Made by a program: the position numbers and the translations under genes. A model generated the notes under the pieces. The model searched no databases, was not told the DNA's origin, and was given only the letters and a program-made list of their open reading frames with translations. From Emiliania huxleyi CCMP1516 (Eukaryota), in contig NW_005201113.1 in assembly GCF_000372725.1 (NCBI RefSeq), positions 1-64,000 on the forward strand: 64,000 bases of DNA. The letters run 5' to 3'. Shown here in pieces: positions 22,401 to 33,886 of this stretch; positions within the stretch are counted from its first letter, which is position 1, and each line of letters begins with the position of its first letter.

Positions 22401-22881
22401 CCCAACCAGCACTCGAGAGGGAACGTGCTCAGCCGTACTCCACTGTGTTTGCGTATTCACGACGTAAGCTCGCACGGCACCGAGAGGAGCCGAGAGGACC
22501 CGAGAGGACCCGAGAGTAGCCGAGAGTAGCCGAGAGTAGCCAAGAGGACCCGAGATCACCCGAGAGTACCCGAGAGGACCCGAGAGGACCGGAGAGGACC
22601 CGAGAGGACCCGAGAGGACCCGAGAGGACCCGAGAGGACCGGAGACTACCCGAGAGGACCCGAGAGGACCCGAGAGGACCGGAGACTAGGCTCCTACGGC
22701 ACCGCCTTCGCGTCGCTCGGCAAGCTCTCCCCGCAAGCTTCCTTCACGCTCAGCGCGCCCGGCCCGCCGTCTCCAAAGTGGGCGGCGCTCGCGCCCGCGA
22801 GGATGCACTGGGAATGGCGTCTCTTCACACCTCCTGGCTGTGAATAGGTGGGCGGCGCTCGCGCCCGCGAGGATGCACTGA
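19402..22881 (+). CDS. CCDC6-like (DUF2046) coiled-coil protein; multi-exon, spans two gaps
   Basis: Exons MLRLELEGERRQNKQWQAKLKRAAKLNEQL, EMEEENITNKLYKKLEQ, VKQEKVSLENLLEQ, KLERELARLQADNAGLQHK, LEREIEMDSERHFN. These resemble the CCDC6 motifs EQEEEFISNTL.KK and EMDDERYFN. Confidence 0.7.
19990..20472. repeat. Inverted copy of 14175-14657 inside the first intron of the CCDC6-like gene; truncated by a gap
   Basis: Reverse-complement identity; ends GTGGAGCCGCCGGGGCGGCTCCAC-GTCCCT. Confidence 0.9.
21415..22686. repeat. Intronic 10-bp tandem arrays (CCGAGATCAC / CCGAGAGGAC / ATCTCGGGCA variants)
   Basis: Decamer periodicity visible between short exons; similar arrays at 20635-20783, 31976-32118, 32610-32769, 49225-49300 and 54361-54560. 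Confidence 0.95.
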
Positions 22882-23650
22882 CTCCGTCGGGCCGCTGCTC
22901 CGATTGCTCTGACGCTGCACCGGCTGCTCTGCTGCTCCGGCTGCTCCTCGCCGTGTCTGCACGGCTGTAGTTCGGCAGATTGCCGCTGCCGCTGCTGCTC
23001 CTGCTGTTGCTCGCCGCGTCTGGTTTTTTGTTTGGGGTAAGGCCTCCCCCCCCCCCCCCTCTTTCGGTGGCACCCTCTGTCCAGTGCACACATTCGCACA
23101 CGCACGCACGCACGCACGCACGCACGCACTCCCCTCCTCCGGTGGCGCCCTCTGTGCACACATTCGCATACACGTGCGCACACGCACACGCACACGCACG
23201 CACGCCACGCAGTAAACGCACGCATGGGTCCGGGTCGTTCGTCGTGTTGAATGTCTTTCGGTTTCGCTCTTTGTCTTTCGGTCTGTTGTCGGTCTGATGC
23301 CGAGTAAACCGCTATAATGCGAGACCGCGTGAACTGGCTCTCGGCCTCGAGCCGCGCGTCGAGCAGGGCCGTTAGCGGATAGCGCCGCGCCGCGCGTCCG
23401 GTCGGAGAGGAGAGCGCTCAGCGAGGTCAGGTTGCCCCGGCGCAGGTCAGCGAGCACGGTCGGGCTAGCGCCCTCCGCCTCCGCCTCAACGCCGCCGAGA
23501 AGGTATGTGAACGGCGCGGTGGCAAACTCGAGCGCCCGGCCAAAGAAGGAGCTGCGCCGTTCTTCTCGGGCGGCCGGCCGGGCGTAGGGAGAGGGCCTGG
23601 TCGCGGTCCGCGCGGAACGCGATGCCGGCATTCACAGCCTTGCCAGCCGG

Positions 23651-24425
23651 GTTGTTCTCGAGGTTCTCGAGGTGGATATCCTTTGGCCGCGTTGGGTAGC
23701 GAGGATTGGTGTAACCCGAGCCACGGAGGCGTGTTTTCTGGCGGCCGACCGTCAGTGCACGGAGTTGCCCTTTCTCCGACTGCCCAGGCTGTGAAAACAG
23801 GTTCTCTCGAGGTTCTCGAGGTGGATATCCTTTGGCCGCGTTGGGTAGCGAGGATTGGTGTAACCCGAGCCACGGAGGCGTGTTTTCTGACGGCCGACCG
23901 TCAGTGCACGGAGTTGCCACTTCTCCGACTGCCCCGGCTAGTTCCCGAGTTTCGCGGGAGTGACCCCATGCGTCAAACCCGAGACCTAGCGCGGGTGGGT
24001 TGGAGGGGGCTCGCCCCGTTCCTCCCCATCGGGCCGCGTGAGCGGCCACGCCTCGCAGATTCGTTTTCGCGCCTGGGTCAGGCGCGCGGGGCATCCCCCG
24101 GGTCGCTCGACCAGCGATCCGAAGAGTGGCCGCTATGCGAAGGAAAGAGTGGGGCCCTCGGGGTACGCCTCGTCCGGCCCCCTCCGAGGGGGGAAGGGAA
24201 TTGCGGGGTCCCCTCGGGCGCCTCAGTTCGGCCCTCCCGAGGGGGGGAGGGGAGCAAGGGGGTGGGGGGGTCGGGGCGGTGGGGAGGGGTCTCGGTTTCA
24301 TGTGGCTAACACTTGCCTTTCGGGGAGGGGCCTCGCGCCAAGCGCAATTGAATGCTGCCTGACCTCTTCCCCTCCTCCCTCGAGGCAGCGAGTAGGCAGC
24401 GAGAGGAAGTCTCGAGCGCCTATAT
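23651..24425. repeat. Dispersed non-coding repeat (copy at 38360-38985); first ~150 bp tandemly duplicated here
   Basis: gttctcgaggtggatatcctttggccgcgttgggtagcgagg...ctcgagcgcctata is shared; the ORF track shows identical spurious peptides at both loci. Confidence 0.9.
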
Positions 24426-26083
24426 GAAGGTATGTGAGATGGTGATGGGAATGGGTGGTCGGGCGGGCGGGCGGGGCGGGCGGGCGGGGCGGGCGGGCGG
24501 GCGGGCGGGCAAGCGGGGAGAGGCGGGCGGGCGGGGCGGAGCGGGCGGGCGGGGTGATCGGAGAAATCGTAGCCACAATCAGCAGCAGCGGAGCAGCAGC
24601 AGCAGTAGCAGCAGCAGCTGCAGCAGCCAGCAGCAGCCTCCACCGTCGAGCCGCGATCGCTGCCGCCCGCGACGCCGCCCGCCGCGTCAGATTGCCGCGA
24701 CGCGCGCCTCGAGTCGAGTCGGAGAGCCGCGCCGCAGCAGCAGCATCAGCACCAGCACCACCAGCACCACCAGCACCACCAGCACCAGAGAGAGGCGCAA
24801 CCTGCCCGACGCCGCCGTGTCAGATGCTTCCGACGCGCGTCTCGAGCCGAGTCGCAGAGCCGCGCCGCGCCAGCAGCAGCATATGCACCAGCAGCAGCAA
24901 CATCACCACCGTGAAAACAGCACTTTGGGGATTTGCACAGCGTCTTCTTCGCTGTTTGTACCGTCGCGGGGAGCGGGCGATAACGCCCGCCCCCACGGTG
25001 GCGAGTCCAGGCGCGGCCGCCAGGCTCGGGCCTCTGGGCGCTATTCTGCACTCGTTATAGGAATTGGGAATCGGGAACACCCCGACGGAAGTCTCAATAG
25101 GGCGGATCGGGCGTAATAGTCTCGCGATGGGCACCAGACGGGCACATTCGGTGACACACAAAGGAATAGCCCCGCTGCACTACTACGTGCGCGGTAATGG
25201 CAGCGCTGCACCGGCGCTGGGGGAAGCGGTAGCATGGCGCGGGCAGCGACGTGTACAGCACGCCCCAGGGAACCTAGATACCCTGGGGTCGCCTCGTGAA
25301 TAAACGAGTATAAAGAGCGGTGGGATTTGTACCTGGCGTTTGTGCCCCGTTTGTGAGTGTGTGTGAGTGCCGCGTCCCGCGCCCCCTCATTTTAACCTGA
25401 TTTTAACTTGGGGGGAATTCCAGTCAATAGAGCATGAAATACCTTTCGACCGGTGGCTGGCCGCCAAAGTGGCTGGACGGCGCCGCGGCGCACACTGGTG
25501 AGCCGCGGAGCACACTGAGTGAGGTCGTCCCTAGGGTCGTCCGCCCCTCGTGAAAGCGCTGACAACCGCGACGTTCCTCTCTCGGGCTCGATCTCGCCAC
25601 TGTGCCTCTTTTGGTACCTGTGTCGAACCTGTCTGCTGTGCGATTGCTTTTGTTGAAGCCGTAGAACCCAGGGTCGTGCGAGGGAGGGTTGTGCGAGGGA
25701 GCTTTTGTAAAATTCTTTGTTCATGTTGCAATATAGTCGTCGGCCGGTCGTCCGTTGCCCCTCGTGAAAGCTGAGCGACGTTCCTCTCTCGGGCTCGATC
25801 CGCGGCGCGTCGCGACTTCTGCCGACGATGGAGACCGAAAAGCAGGTCCGCTCCGCCTTCGCCCGCCCTCTGATGGCTGCTGGCCAACCCGATCCCTTCG
25901 AATCGCAGGAGTCCATCTGCGGGAGCTCAATGTCCCACGACATAGGTGACCGGCCCCATGAGAGCCCTTTTTTTCAGCCGTCAGTAACCCCCGCCTTGCC
26001 GTTGTCCGCAGCGTTTTTCTGCCACCTCGTGAACACGGTCCTTTCTTTCTTCGGGATATTGCAATTCTCGACGCTGTCGTATC

Positions 26084-28459
26084 AGCCGCGAGGAGCCGCC
26101 GCCTCTGCCGGGCGGTCACGACCTTGGCGACCAGCTGTACTGGACGGGCCCGAACCATTCGTTTGAGAATGGCGATACGCTCACGCACGGCCAGCAGGGC
26201 GAGGTCGTCGGCCCCGCGACCGAGGGCACACACCATGGCAACGGCCTGCAGGTCCTGTTTCCAGGGAACAAAGGCTCCATAAACTGCTATCTGCCAAACC
26301 TCAGCCGCGAGAAGCCGCCGCCTCTGCTGGGCGGTCACGAGCTTGGCGACCAGCTGTACTACGCGGGCTCGAACCAGTCGTTCAAGTCTGGAAACAAGCT
26401 CGTGCACGGCCAGAAGGGCGAGATCATCGGCCCTGCGACCGGCGCGCACCAAGGCAACGGCCTGAAGATGCTCTTCCCAGGGAACAAAGACTGGGTAGAC
26501 TGCTCTCTGCCCCAGCTCAGCCTCGAGAAGCCGCCGCCTCTGCCGGGCGGTCACGAGCTTGGCGACCAGCTGTACTACACGGGCTCGAACCAGTCGTTTG
26601 AGAGTGGCGATAAGGTCATGCACGGCCAGCAGGGCGAGGTCGTCGGCCCAGCGACCGGCGAGCACCAAGGCAATGGCCTGCAGCTTCTCTTCCCAGGGAA
26701 CAACGGCTGGATAGAATGCGGACTCGCCTCGCTGTCCCACGAGCTGAGCCTGCCCGGTGGCTTCAGAGTGGGAGAGGAGCTCTACTTTATTGGCGGAGGG
26801 TTCGTCGACGAGCAGGGGGACAAGGCCGTGTTTGGCTGCCGAGGATCGGTCACCGGCCCCGCCCGCAACGGCGACGCCGACGCGGTTTCCATGTCTTTCT
26901 CCGGCAACCGAGGGGACATCCACTGCCGGGCCGAAGAGCTCAGCCGCGAGCCGGCGCCCTCGCTTCCTGGCGGCTTCATTCTCGGCGAGCATCTCTACTT
27001 CACCGGAGAGGACCAGATCGTCGGGCGCGGCATCCTCGTGCGCGGCTCGCGTGGTGAGGTGGTGGGCCTGGGTTTGGAGCCGGACAGCCTCGCGATGCGC
27101 TTTTCAAACAAGGCCTTGCTTTCCGGTAACCAGCCGGTCAACATCGCCTCCCTGAGCCGCGACGATCCGTGCGCCGTGTCGTCCGTGCCCGAGAATGTAT
27201 TGCGAGCGCGCCGAGCGCTCGCCGCGCGCAGGGAGGAGCAGGAGCGGGCTGTGGCAGCAGCCGCGTCGCAGACGGCAGAGGACATTGCAGCAGAGGCGGA
27301 GCGGCGGCAGCAGCTGGCGGCGGAGCTCCTGGAGGAGGAAGCTGCGGCCAGGGTTCCGCCTCCACTTCAAGAGGCGGGGAGGAGGAGGAGGAGGAAGAAG
27401 AAGCAGAGCGGCTTTCGCGGGTCGAGGAGCAGTGCAACCGAAGGAGCAGAGGGATCGGCCGCCTGCGGCGACTCCACCACCTCTAGGGCGGCGCCAGCGC
27501 GCGAGTCCGCTTCAGAGAGCGACGAGGAGGAGCGCGTGACGCCAGCCGAGGAGGCGCGACGGGCGGAGGAGTCGGAGCGGGCGGCGCAACGAGAGCGGCA
27601 GGCGAGGCTGCTCGAGGCAGCGCGGCGGGAGAGGGAGGAGCGTTTGGAGAGGGAGGCTAGGGCCGAGGCCGCTGCTGCGGCTGCGGTGGAGAGCGAGGCT
27701 CGCGGCAGGCGACAGCAGGCAGCGCGAGCGGCGGCGGAGGAGCGGAAGCGAGCAGCGCGGGCGGCGCTGGTGGACGAGATGGAGGCGCGGGCGCGGCAGG
27801 AGGAGGCGGCGCGGGCCGCGGCACCGCTGAGGACGTCACAGGCTGAGCAGTCCAGCACGCGGTCGGCGATCGAGCAGGCGCTCTCCCAGGCTAGGTCAGA
27901 CGCGGCGGCGGCGAGGGTTTGCGAGGCGACGGCGGGGTCAGAGGCGGGACGGGCGAGGTCAGAGGCGGAACAGGCGAGGTCAGAGGCGGAACAGGCGAGG
28001 TTAGAGGCGGAACAGGCGAGGTTGCAGGCGGAGGCGGCGAGGGCGAGGGAGGAGGAGGCGAGGGGGCGAGAGGGGGAAGCAAGGGGGCGGGAGGAGGCAG
28101 CGAGGGCGGAGGCGGAGGCGGCGACGGCACGCGAGGAGGCGCTCACCATGCGACTCGCGGCGCTCGAGCTAGAACCCCCACCGGCCGCCCCGCCACCGGC
28201 AACCGCAAACAACGCTGTGGGAGGAGGCGTCGGAGGCACCTTCCACGGCGCCACGCTGCCGCAGAAGGTCTCGCGGATCTGTACGCATTTGGGGCTGGAC
28301 GCGCGCTCCTCGCTCTCTGCGGCGGTGGCGGCGGCGAACGAGAGCACAGGGGTCGCCGCTGAGGGAGGGCTTTTGCAGCAGGTGGACCGGCTGATCGCGC
28401 TGCTATTTGGGGGGCCGCAGGGGGGCGCTCCGGAGGGGAGCAAAGAGGAGGTAAGGTAA
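26084..28459 (+). CDS. Protein with five tandem ~71-aa beta-rich repeats, a long coiled coil and a small C-terminal helical domain; true start unresolved
   Basis: Repeat PPPLPGGHELGDQLYYTG..SFExGDKxxHGQQGEVVGPA...GNGLxxLFPGNKG..xCxLxxLSRE; frame open from ~26081; C-terminal TLPQKVSRICTHLGLD...AAVAAAN...GGLLQQVDRL. Confidence 0.75.
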   Translation, partial: SREEPPPLPGGHDLGDQLYWTGPNHSFENGDTLTHGQQGEVVGPATEGTHHGNGLQVLFPGNKGSINCYLPNLSREKPPPLLGGHELGDQLYYAGSNQSFKSGNKLVHGQKGEIIGPATGAHQGNGLKMLFPGNKDWVDCSLPQLSLEKPPPLPGGHELGDQLYYTGSNQSFESGDKVMHGQQGEVVGPATGEHQGNGLQLLFPGNNGWIECGLASLSHELSLPGGFRVGEELYFIGGGFVDEQGDKAVFGCRGSVTGPARNGDADAVSMSFSGNRGDIHCRAEELSREPAPSLPGGFILGEHLYFTGEDQIVGRGILVRGSRGEVVGLGLEPDSLAMRFSNKALLSGNQPVNIASLSRDDPCAVSSVPENVLRARRALAARREEQERAVAAAASQTAEDIAAEAERRQQLAAELLEEEAAARVPPPLQEAGRRRRRKKKQSGFRGSRSSATEGAEGSAACGDSTTSRAAPARESASESDEEERVTPAEEARRAEESERAAQRERQARLLEAARREREERLEREARAEAAAAAAVESEARGRRQQAARAAAEERKRAARAALVDEMEARARQEEAARAAAPLRTSQAEQSSTRSAIEQALSQARSDAAAARVCEATAGSEAGRARSEAEQARSEAEQARLEAEQARLQAEAARAREEEARGREGEARGREEAARAEAEAATAREEALTMRLAALELEPPPAAPPPATANNAVGGGVGGTFHGATLPQKVSRICTHLGLDARSSLSAAVAAANESTGVAAEGGLLQQVDRLIALLFGGPQGGAPEGSKEEVR

Positions 28460-28770
28460 GGTCTCTAAGAAAGCCGTAAGGTAAACTTCTCACACACCCA
28501 AGGTGGGGGGCAAGGGGGGGCGACCCTCGCGTCTCGGAGAGGAGTGCAGGAGTCAAGAACCGACGTCCAAAACGCAAGGAAGAATCGGAGCTATGACGAA
28601 GAACGACCGGGAGAGCGGGACGCCGCGCCACGCCGGCCTCGCTAATGAAATTTACGTGTAGGCTACGCTGTAGGCGTGCGATGTCGCTTGAGTCCGTGTG
28701 TCTTGACTCTTGTGGAAGGCGAATCATTCCACCTGAGGTGTGTGTGTACGAGTAAAGTGTGTTGTGTGTA
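28451..28770 (-). mobile_element. (CCTTA)n-tailed retroposon, longer variant
   Basis: GTAAGGTAAG...GTAAGGTAAACTTCTCACACACCC..GGTGGGGGGCAAGGGGGGGCGACCCTCGCGTCTC shares the 3' ~70 bp with the SINE at 33887 and 51892. Confidence 0.65.
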
Positions 28771-29689
28771 CGAGAGTAAAGGGCCCCCTCGGAGCACACT
28801 GGCAGCACCAGCAGAGCTAGTAGAGTGCAGTTCACACCCGATCACCTCTTCAGCGCCTTCTCAGCTCTCATCATGCCGCGGCTACTGAGGGTGCCGTTCC
28901 AAATCAAGCCGATGTACGGCGTCGGTATCGTGGTCTCACACGCCGCACATGTCGTCCTCTCGAGCGCTGGTCGGAAGACTACGCATTCTGCGTCTCGTGT
29001 GCCGGTGTGTGTGCTAGCGTGCGCCCGTCCACGCCCTTGTCGTGCCCGTGTGCTGTGAGAGAGGCTGTCTTCTGAGACCTCTTCTCCGAAGTCAGGCTGC
29101 CGGCTTCACGCTGCCACCTCTGCCACCTCTGCCACGCCTCTCTCACGACACACTAGAGAGAGAGGCGTGTCGTCTAAGCATTGTGCTTCTAGGAGGCCGG
29201 GCTACCTTGATGTCGACGCCGCGGTAGCCCGTCCGGGAGCGCGAGCTGAGGTGCAGCGCCACCTACGGGTGTGTGCGCGGGCGTGTCGTCGACGTGTCGT
29301 CGACGTGTCCGCGGGCGACAGGCGCAGCATCACCTAACGGGGGCGGGGTGTGCGGACGCGTGTCCTGGACGCGTCCACGACGTGTTTGCACGAAGAGGCG
29401 AGCGCGGCGGCCACCCCGTCCGGCGACACATCTCCCCATATCTCCGCATATCTCCCCATATCTCCCTCACCCCGTCCGGCGACACAGCCACCGCTGGCGC
29501 CTGCAGCTCTCGGAGCACGGCCGGCGGCAGCCTCTCGAGCCTAGACAGGTAGGGGACCGGTGTCCACGGGACGGACGGTCCAGGTAGAGGCCACCGGCGG
29601 CGGCGGCGGGCGAGTCTCGGGCCTACACAGAGGGGACGCGGTGTCCAGGCTCCAGGCAGAGGCCACCCACTACCGGCGGCGGGCCCGAT

Positions 29690-30419
29690 CGTGACCCACC
29701 GGGCCGTCACCGCCACCGTCGCCTCCCCCTCCGCCACCTCCGTCGCCGCCGCCACCGTCGCCACCGCCGCCGCCGCCGCCATCGCCGCCGCCGCCGCCAT
29801 CGCCGCCGCTACCGCCACCATCGCCGCCCCCTCCGCCACCGCCATCGCCGCCCCCATCACCTCCACCATCGCCACCGCCGCCCTCTCCGCCACCATCACC
29901 GCCGCCATCGTCACCGCCCCCCTCCCCTCCTCCGCCGTCGCCACCACCACCGTCACCCCCCCACCCTCTCCTCCACCACCCTCGCCGCCTCACCGCCGCC
30001 GCCCTCACCGCCGCGCCCCAGCCCGCCGCCACCATCGCCCCTGCCGCCGTCGCCACCTCCTTCGCCGCCTCCCAGCCCGCCTCCGCCATCGCCGCCGCCC
30101 CCATCACCGCCGCCCCCCAGCCTGCCGCCGCCCTCACCACCGCCGCCCTCGCCGCCGCCCCCGAGCCCACTGCCGCCCTCGCCGCCGCCGCCCTCACCTC
30201 CTCCCCCGAGCTCACCACCGCCGCCGCCGTCTCCGCCGCCCTTCCCGCCGCCGTCACCACCACCTCCGAGGCCGCCGCCTTCCCCGCCGCCCTCCCCACC
30301 ACCACCCTTGCCGCCGCCACCGAGTCCGCCTCCGCCAGCGCCGCCGCCACCGTCTCCACCGCCCTCGCCGCCGCCTTCGCCTAGCCCTCCACCCTCACCA
30401 CCGCCATCGCCGCCACCGC

Positions 30420-30450
<31 letters not shown>

Positions 30451-30537
30451 GCCGTCCCCGCCGCCGCCCTCGCCGCCTCCGCCGCCGCCGCCCTCACCAC
30501 CGCCGCCCTCGCCGCCGCCCCCACCCCCACCCTCGCC
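29690..30537 (+). repeat. Low-complexity (Ser-Pro-Pro-Pro-Pro)n extensin-like coding repeat with frameshifts; ends at a gap
   Basis: Long CCG/TCG/CCA-rich tract that translates to SPPPP repeats in shifting frames. Confidence 0.6.
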
Positions 30538-30884
30538 NNNNNNNNNNNNNNNNNNNNNNNNNNNNNNNNNNNNNNNNNNNNNNNNNNNNNNNNNNNNNNN
30601 NNNNNNNNNNNNNNNNNNNNNNNNNNNNNNNNNNNNNCCGAATCTCAGAGTCAGGAGGCAAAACCGAATACAGTGCCAAAATGACAGACTCAATACTGGC
30701 CCTAAAATCCGCCAGCCTGCTGTCTGCTGCCTCTACTCCCAGCCCGACGCCCTGGTCCCGTGCGAGAGCTTCAGGGATCCACACGGGGCCACACACCGGG
30801 GCCGTCTAAGTCGATTTGTACCCGGATTTTGAAGATTGTGGCAAAACCGCGGAGTCAAAAAATGCGTTTAATTTGCGCGCCTGC

Positions 30885-31045
30885 TGTCCGCCGCCTCCGG
30901 CGGCGCTCCGCGCCGCTCCGCGGCGCCTGCAGGCGCCTACGGCGCCTGAAGGCGCCTACGGCGCCTGCGGCGCCTCCAGCGCCTGCGGCGCTGCCGCTAC
31001 GCGGCAGCTCTTGCGCCTACGTCGCAGGGCGCCTGCGGCGCCCAC
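30885..31045. repeat. Array of 9-bp GGCGCCT(G/A)C units
   Basis: ggcgcctgc aggcgcctac ggcgcctgaa ggcgcctacg gcgcctgcgg... Confidence 0.75.
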
Positions 31046-31215
31046 CCCCCCCCGGGAGCCCCCCTCCAGCCGGTAGTGCCAGTGCGCGCCAGTCCCGTGC
31101 CTAGTGTATCGTGCGCGCGAGCAAAATTCTCTTTTTCACCCTCCTTTCAGTCGACCGCTGCCGGGGCCCCCCGGGGCCGCTCGGCCGCTCGGCGGACACC
31201 ACCCGCCAACGGCAT

Positions 31216-33612
31216 ATGGCCACCAAGTTCCCCGCGCCGAGCTGGGCGACGGAGACCACCCACGCCAACCTCGCGCTCGAAGTGCGGAGCGGCGGGACGC
31301 TTCTGCGCCGGCACGAGCTCCCGCGCGGCCGCCGCGTGTTTGTGATCGGGCGGCAGGCGGACGTGGCCGACGTGGTGGTCCGCGACGACGAGACGGCATC
31401 GCGGCAGCACTGCGCCATCGTGCCGCGCGGCGAGCGCCTCTACCTCATCGACCTCCGCTCGACGCGCGGCACCTTTGTCGACGGGGCGCGCCTCCCGCCG
31501 AACGAGCCGACCGAGCTGTCTCCCGGCGCCAGGCTGGCGCTGTCGGACGCGCCGCCGTACTCGATCGAGCTCGTCGGCCTCCCGCGCGCCGGCCTTGCAG
31601 CCGCCTCCTCGGTGCCCATCTCCATGGCGGCGGCGGCGCACGTGCCGCCCCGGTGCAGCGGTGCCCTCTGGCTGTGAGCAGCGTCTCTTCACACCTGCAG
31701 CTGTGAACAGGTGCCGTCCCGGTTCTCGGGCGACCCGTCCTACTATAACCAAAAGTGGGACCCTGACGCGGCGGCCGCGAGGCGAGACGAGGCGCTTCAG
31801 TTGGAGACGAACCTCCGCTGGTCACCGCCTGCGTGGGCGGTGATGGGGACGGGCGCGAGCCTCGCGGTCAACCTCGTCGAGGGCGGGGAGGTCGTCCAGG
31901 CGCTCGGCCTGCGGCAGAGTGATTCGTAGTGGATGGTTCAGAGTCATTGCTGGACTCTCTGAGCCAGATGACTCAATCTCCCGCTATCTCCCCCAATCTC
32001 CCCCAATCTCCCCCAATCTCCCCCAATCTCCCCCAATCTCCCCCAATCTCCCCCAATCTCCCCCAATCTCCCCCAAGTACTCCCTGAATCTCCCCCAATC
32101 TCCCCCAATCTCCCCCAAGTCTCTCTCAAGTAGTGAATGCATCTCAACCAGGCGCTCGACCTGAGCCAGAAGAAGGCGTATGTGCTCGGCCGCTCCCGCG
32201 AGCAGGCGGACTACGTCGTCCCAGTCGTGTGTCCTGGACACGTCCACGACATGTCCGAGACACGTCGCCGATAGGCGGACTACGTCGTCCCGGACGAGTC
32301 GGTCGTGTGTCCGGGACACGTCCACGACATGTCCGAGACACGTCGCCGATAGGCGGACTACGTCGTCCCGGACGAGTCGGTCTCGCGGCCGCAAGTACCA
32401 CACCCCCCCAGAGTCTCGAATCCAGTGTGGGTTCAGCTCCGTGGGTGGTGTGGTAGGTCTCTCGGCAGCACGCGGCGCTAATGCACGGGCCTCCCGACCC
32501 CCCGCGGCCCGGCGAGGCGCACGAGGCGCTTCTCACGCCGTGGCGCTGCCGCTGCGGCTGGGAGAACCGGCCGACGAACGGCGTCTGTGGCGGAGGCCGC
32601 AGGCACGCAATCTCCCACAATCTCCCCCAATCTCCCCGTCTCTCCCGCAATCTCCCGCCATCTCCCGCCATCTCCCCCGATCTCCCGCTATCTCCCCCAA
32701 TCTCCCGCAATCTCCCGCTATCCCCCCAATCTCCCCCAATTTCCCTAAATCTCCCCCAATCTCCCGCAGGCCGTACGGTTGCGGCGTCAACCGCGCCGTC
32801 GGCTGTCCAGATTACAGGTGCCCGCCACCGCCGCGCAGACGGCTCTTCACACCTCTAGCCGTGAGCAGCGTCTCTCCACACCTGCAGCTGTGAACAGGCC
32901 CGCCACCGCCGCGCAGACGTCGCTGCACGTGGCGGACCTCGCCTCGACAAAAGGCACGTTCCTCGACACGGGCGACGGCGTCTGGCGGCGGCTGCAGCAG
33001 CAGACGCCCATACGAGTGCCGCCCGGCGGCTGCCTCCAGCGGCGCGGCGAGTGCGAGGTGTGAGCAGCGCGTCTTCACACCTGCAGCTGTGAACAGGCGG
33101 CCGCCTCCGGCTCGGCGAGTGCGAGACGCTGGTGGTGCGTCCCGCGCCGCCCAGCCAGCCCGCGCACCATCCGACGCAGAGCATCGTGCCGATGGGCGCC
33201 GCCGCCCTCGCGGCGGCTCGAGCCGCCGCGGCGTCGCGCGCCGCGGAGGACGACAAGACGTCCGCGTACCGAAAGGCGAGCTCTTCCATCCCTTCACTCG
33301 TTCATTAGCGCAGCCCGCCGAGGGGCGATCTCTTCACTCAGATACCCAGTGCATTCACGCAGCCCGCCTAACCGAAAGGCGATGGAGGCGGCCGCGGCCC
33401 TCGTCGCGCCGCCCTCTCGCAAGCACGTCTCGGAAGCCTTCTCGGCGCTGCCGCCCCCGCCGCCGCCGCCAGACGAAGAGCAAGACGAGGCGGCGGAGGT
33501 GGCGGCGGCGGAGGCGGCCCAGCCTGAGCCGGGGTGGCCCGTGTCGGAGGCGAAGCGGCAGAGGGCGGGACCGGCAGAGGAGGGGTGGGTGGCGTGGGAG
33601 CAAGTAGAGTGA
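31216..33612 (+). CDS. Protein with two FHA domains (NIPP1/kanadaptin-like), at least 8 introns
   Basis: FHA1: P.WA...VFVIGRQ...SRQHCAI...LIDLRSTRGTFVDG. FHA2 assembled from exons: PPAWA...AYVLGRS..ADYVVPDESVSRQHAAL...VADLASTKGTFLD...PGGRLRLGE. Confidence 0.85.
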
Positions 33613-33886
33613 GGCGTAGAGCGTGAGCAGGCTAGATCTCTGGGGGCGACTCCGGACGCGCGGGAGCGTCCGGCTAGGACGACGTAGCTCGTACGGCTTT
33701 AGGGAGAGACGCGTTCGCGTAGCAGTAGAGCATCTGTGAGTGATGTGCGGCCGGTAGCGGTTCCACGACTGTTTGTTCATAAACACAATACTGAAACAAT
33801 ACTGCGGCGTGCGGGTCTCTCGTAAAGCCGTATAGATAGCCGTATACGCGAGCGACCCCACAGCCGCCCAGGGCGAAAACGCGAGA

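Noticed and set aside
21415..22686. CRISPR-like array
   Set aside because: Contiguous 10-mers without unique spacers, no cas genes, eukaryotic context.
25721..28443. Long antisense ORFs opposite the repeat-domain gene (likewise opposite the ankyrin, kinase and helicase genes)
   Set aside because: Shadow ORFs caused by GC-rich codon usage.
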